Shown here: piece by piece, positions 20,403 to 29,070 of the stretch
Position numbering within the stretch: position 1 is the stretch's first letter
Layout of the letters: each line of letters starts with the position of its first letter
Origin: Saprospiraceae bacterium
GTDB lineage: Bacteria > Bacteroidota > Bacteroidia > Chitinophagales > Saprospiraceae
DNA length: 64,000 bases
Direction of reading: 5' to 3'
NCBI GenBank assembly: GCA_020628475.1
Contig: JAHDFB010000003.1
Span: 10,142 to 74,141 of the forward strand
Notes under the pieces: generated by a model
Databases searched by the model: none
Seen by the model: the letters and a program-made list of their open reading frames with translations, nothing else
What the model was told of the DNA's origin: nothing
Program-made: the position numbers and the translations under genes

Positions 20403-21922
20403 TAGAGCGAGTAACGCAATCCTAGATTATACGTAAAGGCCGATCCATCGTTGGACAGTAAAAATTTGTTTTGAAAATAAGTATACAATAATTCCACCTC
20501 GAATTGCGGCGAAATTTGATACTTTGATCCTACTCCAAATTGATAAAAGTAATCAAACGTTTGTTGCCAGTAGGGTGAAAATCCAGAAATGGCATAGATG
20601 GTTGATTGCGGAGTTGGAAAATAACTAAGAATTCCAATGACCGGTGTGGACAATCTGAATATGTGATTTTCCACATTAAATCCGATATCCTCCAACAGTA
20701 CATCTACTTCAGCAAACAATGAAAAACTGTTGGATAAGGTAAAATCATTAAAAAACTGCGTATGAAAAACCGCACCATTCCAATCAATATATGGTTTATC
20801 CGAGGATCCAGCTAGTTCTCTCCCAATAGGAAAGGTCAAGGCACTTTGAATTGAAAAGTTTTTCAGCGAGGGGAAAGGTGCCCATCTAATTTGTGGTCCA
20901 AGTGCTGTCAATCCAGTACGGTTCTGAGGAGATTTTTCAAAGGTAAAAGCTGCCAAGGGTGAAGATGGCAAACCATCGTTTCGCACAAATCGGTATCGAG
21001 CAGCTAATCCAATATTAAATCGATTATTTAAGCCATATAATGCAGAAATAGCAGCTGTATAAAAGGTAGATCGACTTCCACCATTTGACTCATTCCCGAG
21101 TGTTTGAGTATATAAATTATTAAATAATTTAAACTCATAGGTACCTTTCGGAATGGCAGCAGACACAACATAACGATTAGCACTATTACTTCCACCAGTA
21201 ATCACAGGTAATTCCCGCGCATTCAAGGTCCAATCATAATCGTAGTAAGAATCAATCGATTGTATATGTTTTTCTCTATATTGATTAATATAGGATACTA
21301 CATTCTTTGATGAATTTCCAAAATCACTGGCATACCAGCTAAAAATCTGAGATAGTGCCGCCGCTCCCCCCTCTTTTTCTCTTAAAAAGTTGGGATCATT
21401 TAATGCCTTTCTCGTCTGCTGATCCATCAACTTTTCCAAATTACTTGGAGTGTATGCCTCATTAATAATAGGAGGACATCCCAATGCCCCACAAACCAAG
21501 ACGAAATGGAAGCGAGGATCATCGAAAAACTTCAACATCTTCGTTTTCTCATACACATTCAAGGTCATTTCTTTACCTTCGAATCGATGTTTGACTCGAT
21601 CAAAGAAACCAGCTTTTTCTTGCACGCTGCGTACCGGGTATATATCAACTACCTGTTTCATCACCATCAGATTGTACGCATTGATTCGGAAGGCTTTGAT
21701 GAGCTCATCATTCTGCCCCGTCAAATCAACCTGTTCTATAAATTGAATCAAATCGGTAAAAGAAGCATTATTCTGCAAGGAAGGGTAATCGACTTGCCCA
21801 TTCTGAACATGCGCCTGAAATAATTCGTCGGCTTTTTGAAAAAACTGGTTGACATCAACAATCTGTGCTTCTAAGCTAGAAAAGATCGATAGGGATATAT
21901 AAATGGCTATAATAATTCGCAT
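20402..21922 (-). CDS. DUF547 domain protein with long beta-rich C-terminal extension
   Basis: 506-aa ORF with a signal peptide and a DUF547-like core (KAFRINAYNLMVMKQV ... FHFVLVCGALGCPP). About 260 aa of alternating beta-strand-like sequence follow. Confidence 0.7.
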   Translation of the reverse strand: MRIIIAIYISLSIFSSLEAQIVDVNQFFQKADELFQAHVQNGQVDYPSLQNNASFTDLIQFIEQVDLTGQNDELIKAFRINAYNLMVMKQVVDIYPVRSVQEKAGFFDRVKHRFEGKEMTLNVYEKTKMLKFFDDPRFHFVLVCGALGCPPIINEAYTPSNLEKLMDQQTRKALNDPNFLREKEGGAAALSQIFSWYASDFGNSSKNVVSYINQYREKHIQSIDSYYDYDWTLNARELPVITGGSNSANRYVVSAAIPKGTYEFKLFNNLYTQTLGNESNGGSRSTFYTAAISALYGLNNRFNIGLAARYRFVRNDGLPSSPLAAFTFEKSPQNRTGLTALGPQIRWAPFPSLKNFSIQSALTFPIGRELAGSSDKPYIDWNGAVFHTQFFNDFTLSNSFSLFAEVDVLLEDIGFNVENHIFRLSTPVIGILSYFPTPQSTIYAISGFSPYWQQTFDYFYQFGVGSKYQISPQFEVELLYTYFQNKFLLSNDGSAFTYNLGLRYSL

Positions 21923-22036
21923 CGTTAAGTTTATTTAGTTTACGTTAGAAGGATGAACTTCAAACGAGACGCACCTACTATAGAATTAGCAATTTTTGCA
22001 GATTGAAGCAAAATTGTCCGCAACATGATGATTTGC

Positions 22037-23026
22037 TTAAGTTGCCGGAGAAATTCCTCCCTCAGACAAAATATCCTGATAATACTTCTGCAACCACTTA
22101 TTGGACCAACCTTTTAAGGTTGTTTTAGACATAATATTCTTGACATCATCTCGTGACATCTTCACTTCAGAAAATATAACATTGATATTATTCTGGCTCA
22201 GCGCTAAGGTTTTGACGGCAAAGAATAGTGGCCACATACAAGCCAATCGGATTCTATGTTGATGCGTTGGAAAAGCCGCAATATATTCTAACCCATGACG
22301 TAAGTGACGTTCTGCCTTTGCCGTTAAACGATTGACAACCTTCAAGGCCTTGTGTTCGTTTTCTGGCTCAAATAATTCATCTCGTGAAAGGCCAACTTCA
22401 TCCAAAAATTCTTGAGGTGTAAACACCCATCCCCTTTCGTAATCTTTTTTCATTCCACGGAGAATATTCACCGTCTGGAGAGCGAGGCCATATTCTCTGG
22501 ACAATGGCATCAATTCTTCCTTTCTAGCGCGGATTTTTGGAGAATGATAGGCAAAGACTTCTGTAATTAAATAACCTACTCGACCGGCCACTTCATGCAT
22601 ATAATCATCCATCTCGTCTTCCGTCTGGATATAAGGACCTTGTTTTTGCCAACGCGCCATACCTTCTGTGGTATCGCTCACATGTTTGACGATATATTCT
22701 TGAATCTCTTCTGGAAAGGTATGCAAGTGCGACATGAGTACGCCGGCGTTTTGAGCGACTTGGACTTCGGGATCGTCTTTATCAAGATCATCCAATTGAT
22801 TGGTCAATTCATCGACTGGTTTTTTACCGTCTAGAATATCATTCCACAGTTCCAATAATTTGACCTTACGCCCCACTTCCATGACCTCGTTATCTTCTAA
22901 AATATCCGACACTCTCAATAACAAATAAGCTAGCATGATCGAATCCTTTACAATCCCAGGCAATTGCTTGATGGACAGCGTAAAAGTTCGGCTAACCGAC
23001 TCTAGCATTTTAGCGTAATTAATCAT
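22037..23026 (-). CDS. squalene/phytoene synthase family protein
   Basis: 329-aa ORF with SRTFTLSIKQLP, an Asp-rich segment LRVSDILED, and a second acidic segment EDEMDDYMHEVAGRVG. Confidence 0.75.
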   Translation of the reverse strand: MINYAKMLESVSRTFTLSIKQLPGIVKDSIMLAYLLLRVSDILEDNEVMEVGRKVKLLELWNDILDGKKPVDELTNQLDDLDKDDPEVQVAQNAGVLMSHLHTFPEEIQEYIVKHVSDTTEGMARWQKQGPYIQTEDEMDDYMHEVAGRVGYLITEVFAYHSPKIRARKEELMPLSREYGLALQTVNILRGMKKDYERGWVFTPQEFLDEVGLSRDELFEPENEHKALKVVNRLTAKAERHLRHGLEYIAAFPTHQHRIRLACMWPLFFAVKTLALSQNNINVIFSEVKMSRDDVKNIMSKTTLKGWSNKWLQKYYQDILSEGGISPAT

Positions 23027-23275
23027 TTATACTTCTTCTATTCTGCTCATTCAACAACGAATGAAAATTAGCTTTTCAAATGGAAAGCGAAATATCCCTC
23101 AAAGATAAGGATTTCTAGCTTACTTTTCCCGATGCTATCGTTTCGTTTTCCAAAGCAATGTAATTATCAATCAAGACGGTTTTTACGAAAAAATTATTGC
23201 CCATTTGAATTAAATATTAAATATGAAATAGCTCCCCTTGATATCTGTCAAAATTTAGTAAATTGGTTGCCCTTT

Positions 23276-25384
23276 ATGATCAACCCTTACTACAAATCGC
23301 TACTCGCTATGTCTTTGATATGGCTCTGTTATTTTGGGCTCATGGCCCAAAATACCGAACAAGTGGATCAAGTTATCGCCGACCTTCTGGCGGCAGTGGT
23401 TGAAAATGCGGGTGGCGGAGAAGGAAGTTTTGATTTTAATACACTTTATGAAAAATACGAATACCTACAGAAAACACCCATCGATTTAAATCGAGCCGAT
23501 CGTTCCGATCTTCAAGAAATATTCTTTTTGAATGAAATACAAATTTCCAATTTACTGGAGCATAGGAAAGAGCTGGGAGCGCTGAATAATTTGTACGAAT
23601 TACAGACCATACCTGGTTTTGATTCGAATACGATTCGTTTGCTGAAAGGTATTGCTACCACCCAAAGACCTCTTTCTCTTCAGAAAATCTCCATAAGCGA
23701 TCAACTAAAAAATGCAGATCATACCATCTACCTAAAGTGGAAGCGATTCTTACAAACGCAAGCAGGTTTTCTTCCCAATGAAGATGGTGATCCTCCTCGT
23801 TTTTTAGGGGATCAAAATCACTTGTACTTACGCTACAAAATGAATATTGGCAATACATTTAAAATGGGATTCATCGCCGAGAAAGATTATGGTGAACCAT
23901 ACTTCTATCCCGGCAAAACTTACGGAGCGGATTATTTAAGTTTTCATGTTTTTGTCAAGGATTTTAATCAAACAATTCGTTTCCTAGCCTTGGGAGATTA
24001 CAGTGTAAATCTTGGACAAGGTTTGATTATGCATAATGGTTTTGGTGCCGGTAAAAGTTCGCTAACGACCTCCATCAGAAAGGGAGGATATCCATTACGT
24101 GCCTATTCCTCTGTGGCCGAAGCAAACTTCTTACGTGGAGTAGCTGCAACCCTTCGGCTTGGAAATAAAGTAGAATGGACCAGTTTCCTTTCCTCAAAAT
24201 TTCGGAATGGCACCATTGAATTGGATGCGACCGATCCATTCACAGGGGCGAATGCGCAATCGCTTCCGTTGGGAGGCTTGAATCGTACAATTTCTGAGTT
24301 GGAACGAAAAAACCAAATACGGCAAAACACTCTAGGGAATTCGATCAAATATCGATTTGGTCAAGGCCATATCGCCTTCAATGGAATTGTGGACCAATTC
24401 AATGCAACGCTTGTTCCTGTTGGATTGTATCAAGATTTCTTTCCTAGGGGAAGTGTTCTTTGGAATGCATCGGCCGACTTCGGTTTCAACTGGAGAAATA
24501 TTAATTTCTTTGGTGAATATGCGGTAGCTAGTAACTTTTCAACAGCACAAATACACGGACTATTAATCGGTTTAGATGCTAAACTTGATTGGGTCTTAAG
24601 TTGGAGAAATTACAGTCGTGGTTATCGAAGTTTGAGTGCCAATACTTTTGGAGAAAGTCAAAGCGGTAGTAACGAACAAGGCATTTATTCCGGGATAGAA
24701 TTTCGACCAAAAAAAGGTTGGCAGATCAATGCTTATGTAGATTATTGGAGACATCCATGGCTGCGCTTTAGAGTCGATGCACCGAGTTTTGGCAAAGAGT
24801 ACTTCCTCAAGGTAAAGTATTTTAAAAAGCGAACTTGGGAACTTTACATGCAGTATTTTCTAGAAGATAAATTGAGAAATATCAATGGCTTTGTGGATGC
24901 TCCCGTTCAAAATCTTCGCCAACGCTTTAGAATCAATGGAATCGTCAGTATTTCCAAAGATGTTAAATTGCGTCAGCGGATTGAATTTTCCTGGTATGAT
25001 GTGTCTGATTTCAATTTTACAGGTTTCATGGTCTATCAAGATATCATTTACAAACCGGTTGGAAAATCGTATAGCTTCAATGCTCGATATGCCTTATTTG
25101 ATATAGAAGATTACGATAGTCGAATTTATGCCTATGAAAATGATATTCTGAATGAATATTACATTCCGGCCTATTCAGGCCGAGGATTACGTTTGTATGT
25201 GAACGGTCGTTGGAGAGCCACTCGAAATTTAACGGTAGAGGCCCGTTATGAAATGACCAAATTGACACAGCCTTTTAACGACGAAAACGGTCAATTGGTA
25301 AATACCGGATTTGGATCGGGTGTGACCGCTATTGAGGGACGCGTTCGATCTCAAGTAAAAGCGCAGATAAAATACAAATTCTAA
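23276..25384 (+). CDS. helix-hairpin-helix domain protein fused to a large beta-barrel-like domain
   Basis: The ORF track gives 23132-25384. I chose ATG 23276 (MINPYYKSLLAMSLIWLCYFGLMAQ signal peptide). HhH-like repeats are present (IDLNRADRSDLQEI; LYELQTIPGF). The C-terminal ~550 aa are beta-rich and end KYKF. Confidence 0.65.
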   Translation: MINPYYKSLLAMSLIWLCYFGLMAQNTEQVDQVIADLLAAVVENAGGGEGSFDFNTLYEKYEYLQKTPIDLNRADRSDLQEIFFLNEIQISNLLEHRKELGALNNLYELQTIPGFDSNTIRLLKGIATTQRPLSLQKISISDQLKNADHTIYLKWKRFLQTQAGFLPNEDGDPPRFLGDQNHLYLRYKMNIGNTFKMGFIAEKDYGEPYFYPGKTYGADYLSFHVFVKDFNQTIRFLALGDYSVNLGQGLIMHNGFGAGKSSLTTSIRKGGYPLRAYSSVAEANFLRGVAATLRLGNKVEWTSFLSSKFRNGTIELDATDPFTGANAQSLPLGGLNRTISELERKNQIRQNTLGNSIKYRFGQGHIAFNGIVDQFNATLVPVGLYQDFFPRGSVLWNASADFGFNWRNINFFGEYAVASNFSTAQIHGLLIGLDAKLDWVLSWRNYSRGYRSLSANTFGESQSGSNEQGIYSGIEFRPKKGWQINAYVDYWRHPWLRFRVDAPSFGKEYFLKVKYFKKRTWELYMQYFLEDKLRNINGFVDAPVQNLRQRFRINGIVSISKDVKLRQRIEFSWYDVSDFNFTGFMVYQDIIYKPVGKSYSFNARYALFDIEDYDSRIYAYENDILNEYYIPAYSGRGLRLYVNGRWRATRNLTVEARYEMTKLTQPFNDENGQLVNTGFGSGVTAIEGRVRSQVKAQIKYKF

Positions 25385-25393
25385 GGCATCACG

Positions 25394-26650
25394 CTAGCTC
25401 CTTCCATACTTTCTTAGAAAAATCCAAGAAGCCACTAAACCAATGGTGGAAAAAACAGCCAACATCATAAATACATATTGATGCCCCTGCGCGCCAGGAG
25501 ATCCATCCAATAAAACACCAATAATGGGTCCGGCAAATATATCGGGCGTGTATCCAACCAGAGAAATCAATCCGACAGCCGTTCCCGTGAGCATCAGTGG
25601 TATCTTCCCACTCTTCATAACAGCAAAATAAAGCGATCTAGCCGCATAAACTCCAACTGCCACGATAAAAACGGACATCATAAATAGAACTACTCGATAT
25701 TCTGTCAACATACCTGAAGCGAATAAAATAGCTCCCAACAAGCTGATGCCGAAGCTTAATAAAAGCAATAAAATCCCCTTTGTTTTATCGGCTAAAATGC
25801 CGATAAGTATTCCCATGGCAGGTCGAATAAATAACAAAAAGGTCCCTACTTTAGCAGCATTATAAGATGAATAATGCATTACTTCTTTAGCATATAATGA
25901 TAAGACATCTGTTACTTTATAGCCAACATAGGCACATAATATAATCACCATTAATAACCAGACAGAGGGTAATTTTAGGATCTCCTTGATTTGGCTAATC
26001 TGTATCTTTTCCACCCCGACGGTATCTTCTGCCGCATTGGAAAAGCGCAAAAAGAACCAGACCAACAGACCAACCAAGGCTACGATCCCTGAAGAAATTA
26101 GAATGATATATCTCAGAGCCTCCTGACTTTCAGCAAAACTTAACTCCACTGTCACATCGGGTACGAAAAAAGAAAAAACATAAACACCCATTAGGCCGAA
26201 CAAGGCTCCTACCATGCCTCGTCCGCCGTCTAAAAATCCAAAAGCCTTTCCTTGCGCTTGATCCCCACCCCATCTTCTAGTTGCTTTGATCATGGGTGCC
26301 CAAAAGAGAAATATGGTCGTGAATCCCCAATAGCCGTAAAGTAGTTTTAAAACCAACAGGCTTGGAAAACTTGCATATACGATACCTCCAAGCGCTGTCA
26401 TCCAAAGCGCCGTGGACATAAGTTTCCTAGGAGAAAAGCGATCTGCCAGCGGACCACCAAACAAATATGATGCGAAGGCTACCAAGCCATAAATCGAAAA
26501 ACACAGCCCAAGCTGAACATTATCCAACTGAAACGCCTCTAAAACGGTGGGGCGGAAAACTCTGGCTAAAACAAATGGTAAAATAAAAACGGATTCACCA
26601 GCTATTATAATCAATATCAGTAAAACCCAAGACCTTGTTTTTGAATGCAT
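25394..26650 (-). CDS. MFS transporter
   Basis: 418-aa ORF with about 12 hydrophobic helices and a central loop. Confidence 0.8.
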   Translation of the reverse strand: MHSKTRSWVLLILIIIAGESVFILPFVLARVFRPTVLEAFQLDNVQLGLCFSIYGLVAFASYLFGGPLADRFSPRKLMSTALWMTALGGIVYASFPSLLVLKLLYGYWGFTTIFLFWAPMIKATRRWGGDQAQGKAFGFLDGGRGMVGALFGLMGVYVFSFFVPDVTVELSFAESQEALRYIILISSGIVALVGLLVWFFLRFSNAAEDTVGVEKIQISQIKEILKLPSVWLLMVIILCAYVGYKVTDVLSLYAKEVMHYSSYNAAKVGTFLLFIRPAMGILIGILADKTKGILLLLLSFGISLLGAILFASGMLTEYRVVLFMMSVFIVAVGVYAARSLYFAVMKSGKIPLMLTGTAVGLISLVGYTPDIFAGPIIGVLLDGSPGAQGHQYVFMMLAVFSTIGLVASWIFLRKYGRS

Positions 26651-26765
26651 AATCCTATTGTGTGAATACGAAAGTAAAGATTTCTTAGGTAGCTTTTTCC
26701 AAATAGTGAGATTTTCTCTAATATTACTGAGGAAATGTAAGTATCCATCTACAATCCCAATATCT

Positions 26766-27680
26766 ATGTATAAAAAGTTATTTAGTCATCTGAATGATCC
26801 CATCGATAGCGACGCTAAAATCGAGAAACTGGACGAATATTTGTTTCTTTTTATACACAGAAACCATGGTAGTTCGACTTCCATCATTCGTTTTAGTGCT
26901 GATTTAGAAATTGACTTTTTTCATTCATTTCCAATGAAAATCGTGCATACCTACGCGTACGAAGGTCATATAGTCTTAGTTGGTCAAACTGCTGACAAGC
27001 AATACGTTCTTTCCATTGATAAAGACTGTCGAGTCAATTGGACCAATCCATTGAACAAAGACTACATACATGGTCATCTTCCCACTGTACGCTATGATGA
27101 ACATCTTACTTTAGCAAATTATGATGAAATCGGTAAAATCAATTTGGTCTCTCTCAACATTAAAAAACAAGCATACTTCAATGCATTCTCGCGAAAAGTT
27201 CCTGCCAATAAACATCTACGTTTTGCAGGAAATAAAGATTATATTCAGGCATGCTGGTACGAGGACAATTACATTTACAGCTTCGATCCTATTGATGGAT
27301 ATCAAGATAAATTTCATACTGGCCCGATCGCTCAGGATAAACTGGGTAACGATGATGTACGTGTTGCTTTTTGCAAAAACTATCCCGTACTTACTTGGAA
27401 GGATCAAGAATCCTTTTGGATAAAAACGGGTATGTATGAACAGGATAAAAAAGCGATTGCCAAAGCTGGACTCGGTGTTGTTGTTCCTATTGCAGGTCCA
27501 AAGATCGTAGCGCTCGTGATCGACCGACAGTTTAGCAGTCAATCCAATTGGGGGAATATGATCTATATTGACGGACAAGATCCCATTATATTGGACGGAT
27601 TCATTTACCAAGTTTGCCAATGGAATAATCGTATTGCCATCGTGCAAAAAGATCAGGTCATAGCCTACGAAATTGCTTAA
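26766..27680 (+). CDS. hypothetical protein
   Basis: The ORF track gives 26547-27680. The 5' part overlaps the MFS gene on the opposite strand, so I chose ATG 26766 (MYKKLFSHLNDPID). I recognised no family or signal peptide. Confidence 0.5.
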   Translation: MYKKLFSHLNDPIDSDAKIEKLDEYLFLFIHRNHGSSTSIIRFSADLEIDFFHSFPMKIVHTYAYEGHIVLVGQTADKQYVLSIDKDCRVNWTNPLNKDYIHGHLPTVRYDEHLTLANYDEIGKINLVSLNIKKQAYFNAFSRKVPANKHLRFAGNKDYIQACWYEDNYIYSFDPIDGYQDKFHTGPIAQDKLGNDDVRVAFCKNYPVLTWKDQESFWIKTGMYEQDKKAIAKAGLGVVVPIAGPKIVALVIDRQFSSQSNWGNMIYIDGQDPIILDGFIYQVCQWNNRIAIVQKDQVIAYEIA

Positions 27681-27686
27681 GTACTA

Positions 27687-28901
27687 TTAATCGTACAACA
27701 AATATTTAGATCGAATAGACTTAAACGCGTCCAATTCTTGCTCCCAACTAAAGCGAATTTCGTCAGCAGATAATCCTGCATGAATTTGCTTTCTCAATTG
27801 ATCCGTTCCTGCTAATTTGTCAATAAATTGATTTTTAAGGAAAAAGGATTCTCCGAGATTTAGATCACGATAAAAATCCAACAAATAGTTCAGATTTAGT
27901 TGGTTCTCGGTCTTAATGAAACGAGGATTTAGACGATTTAAATCTTTACCATAGCAGGTTTGATTTTCCAATTTCGGATATTTTGCTCCTGGACCACTGA
28001 GCGGAGTAAAAGCGAAATCCTTCTGAGAATAATCAGGATGGCCTATAATAGAAAATGGTGTAGTCGTTCCACGGCCGATACTCACCACGGTGCCTTCAAA
28101 GAAACATAGACTAGGATATAATAAAATACTGCGATGATCAGGCAGGTTCGGAGAAGGTTTAATCTTCAATGCCTCGCTCCAAGTATGATCATATTCCAAA
28201 CAGCTGACCACTTTCAGATCACATTGTATACCACCTTTTAACCAGCCCTCACCATTGACCATTTTTGCGTATTCTCCAATGGTCATTCCGTATACAACGG
28301 GGACTTCGTGCATACCAACGAAAGAGGCATATTCTGGATTCAAAACTGGTCCGTCGATGTAATGGCCGTTGGGATTGGGTCGATCCAAAACGATAACTGG
28401 AACATCATTTTCGGCGCAAGACTCCATGACATAGCTCATCGTGCTTATGTAGGTATAAAAGCGACAGCCAACATCTTGAATATCGAATACCATGATATCG
28501 ATATCTTCTAAATCTTTAGGAGAAGGTTTCTTACTTGACCCATGAAGTGATTTGATGGCTAAGCCTGTTTTAACATCTTTTCCATCATTGATGTGTGCGC
28601 CTGCATCCGCTTGACCTCGAAAACCATGTTCGGGTGCGAATATCTTCACCAAATTGATTTCAAAATCCAATAAACTATCTACTAAATGTTTGTCTCCAAC
28701 CATACTGGTTTGATTAACCACCAAACCGACTCGCTTTCCTTGAAGCTCCGGAATATATTTTCTCATTCTCTCTGCTCCGGGAATCACTTCATTCGATTCT
28801 ATCCGTTCGGGCAAGGAATCTTCTGGCTGATCGCTTAAATTCCAAGCAACTAATCCAAAAATGGCCGTAAGGACGAGTAAGGATATCACAATAATGCGCA
28901 T
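27687..28901 (-). CDS. DUF1343 family protein (NamZ-like exo-beta-N-acetylmuramidase)
   Basis: 404-aa ORF with a signal/anchor and the hallmarks VFDIQDVGCRFYTYISTM and VLDRPNP. Confidence 0.8.
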   Translation of the reverse strand: MRIIVISLLVLTAIFGLVAWNLSDQPEDSLPERIESNEVIPGAERMRKYIPELQGKRVGLVVNQTSMVGDKHLVDSLLDFEINLVKIFAPEHGFRGQADAGAHINDGKDVKTGLAIKSLHGSSKKPSPKDLEDIDIMVFDIQDVGCRFYTYISTMSYVMESCAENDVPVIVLDRPNPNGHYIDGPVLNPEYASFVGMHEVPVVYGMTIGEYAKMVNGEGWLKGGIQCDLKVVSCLEYDHTWSEALKIKPSPNLPDHRSILLYPSLCFFEGTVVSIGRGTTTPFSIIGHPDYSQKDFAFTPLSGPGAKYPKLENQTCYGKDLNRLNPRFIKTENQLNLNYLLDFYRDLNLGESFFLKNQFIDKLAGTDQLRKQIHAGLSADEIRFSWEQELDAFKSIRSKYLLYD

Positions 28902-29070
28902 AGTTCCGTTTATTTTGCACTAAATTAATGCATCCAAGAGGAATTACATGATGCTTGTTCTTCATTATGATATTATTAATAAAATTTCCAAAAATAGTAT
29001 CTGTAATAATTAAGCTTAGATTCGCTTAAAATATATAACTTTAAGCTATACCACTTTCAATTCACAAACG

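Noticed and set aside
21948-22009. Possible fifth, partial copy of the structured element (GGATGAAC ... CGCACCTAC ... GCAGATTGAAG, the last 11-mer identical to 42611-42621)
   Set aside because: It can be aligned to the family in either orientation with only short matches. An 11-mer match is expected by chance in a window of this size. A covariance-model search would be needed.
23132-23275. 5' extension of the HhH-barrel ORF
   Set aside because: The extension is basic, low-complexity sequence with no signal peptide. The internal ATG at 23276 gives a signal peptide.
26547-26765. 5' extension of the 377-aa ORF
   Set aside because: The extension overlaps the MFS gene on the opposite strand and looks non-coding. 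I used the internal ATG at 26766 instead.
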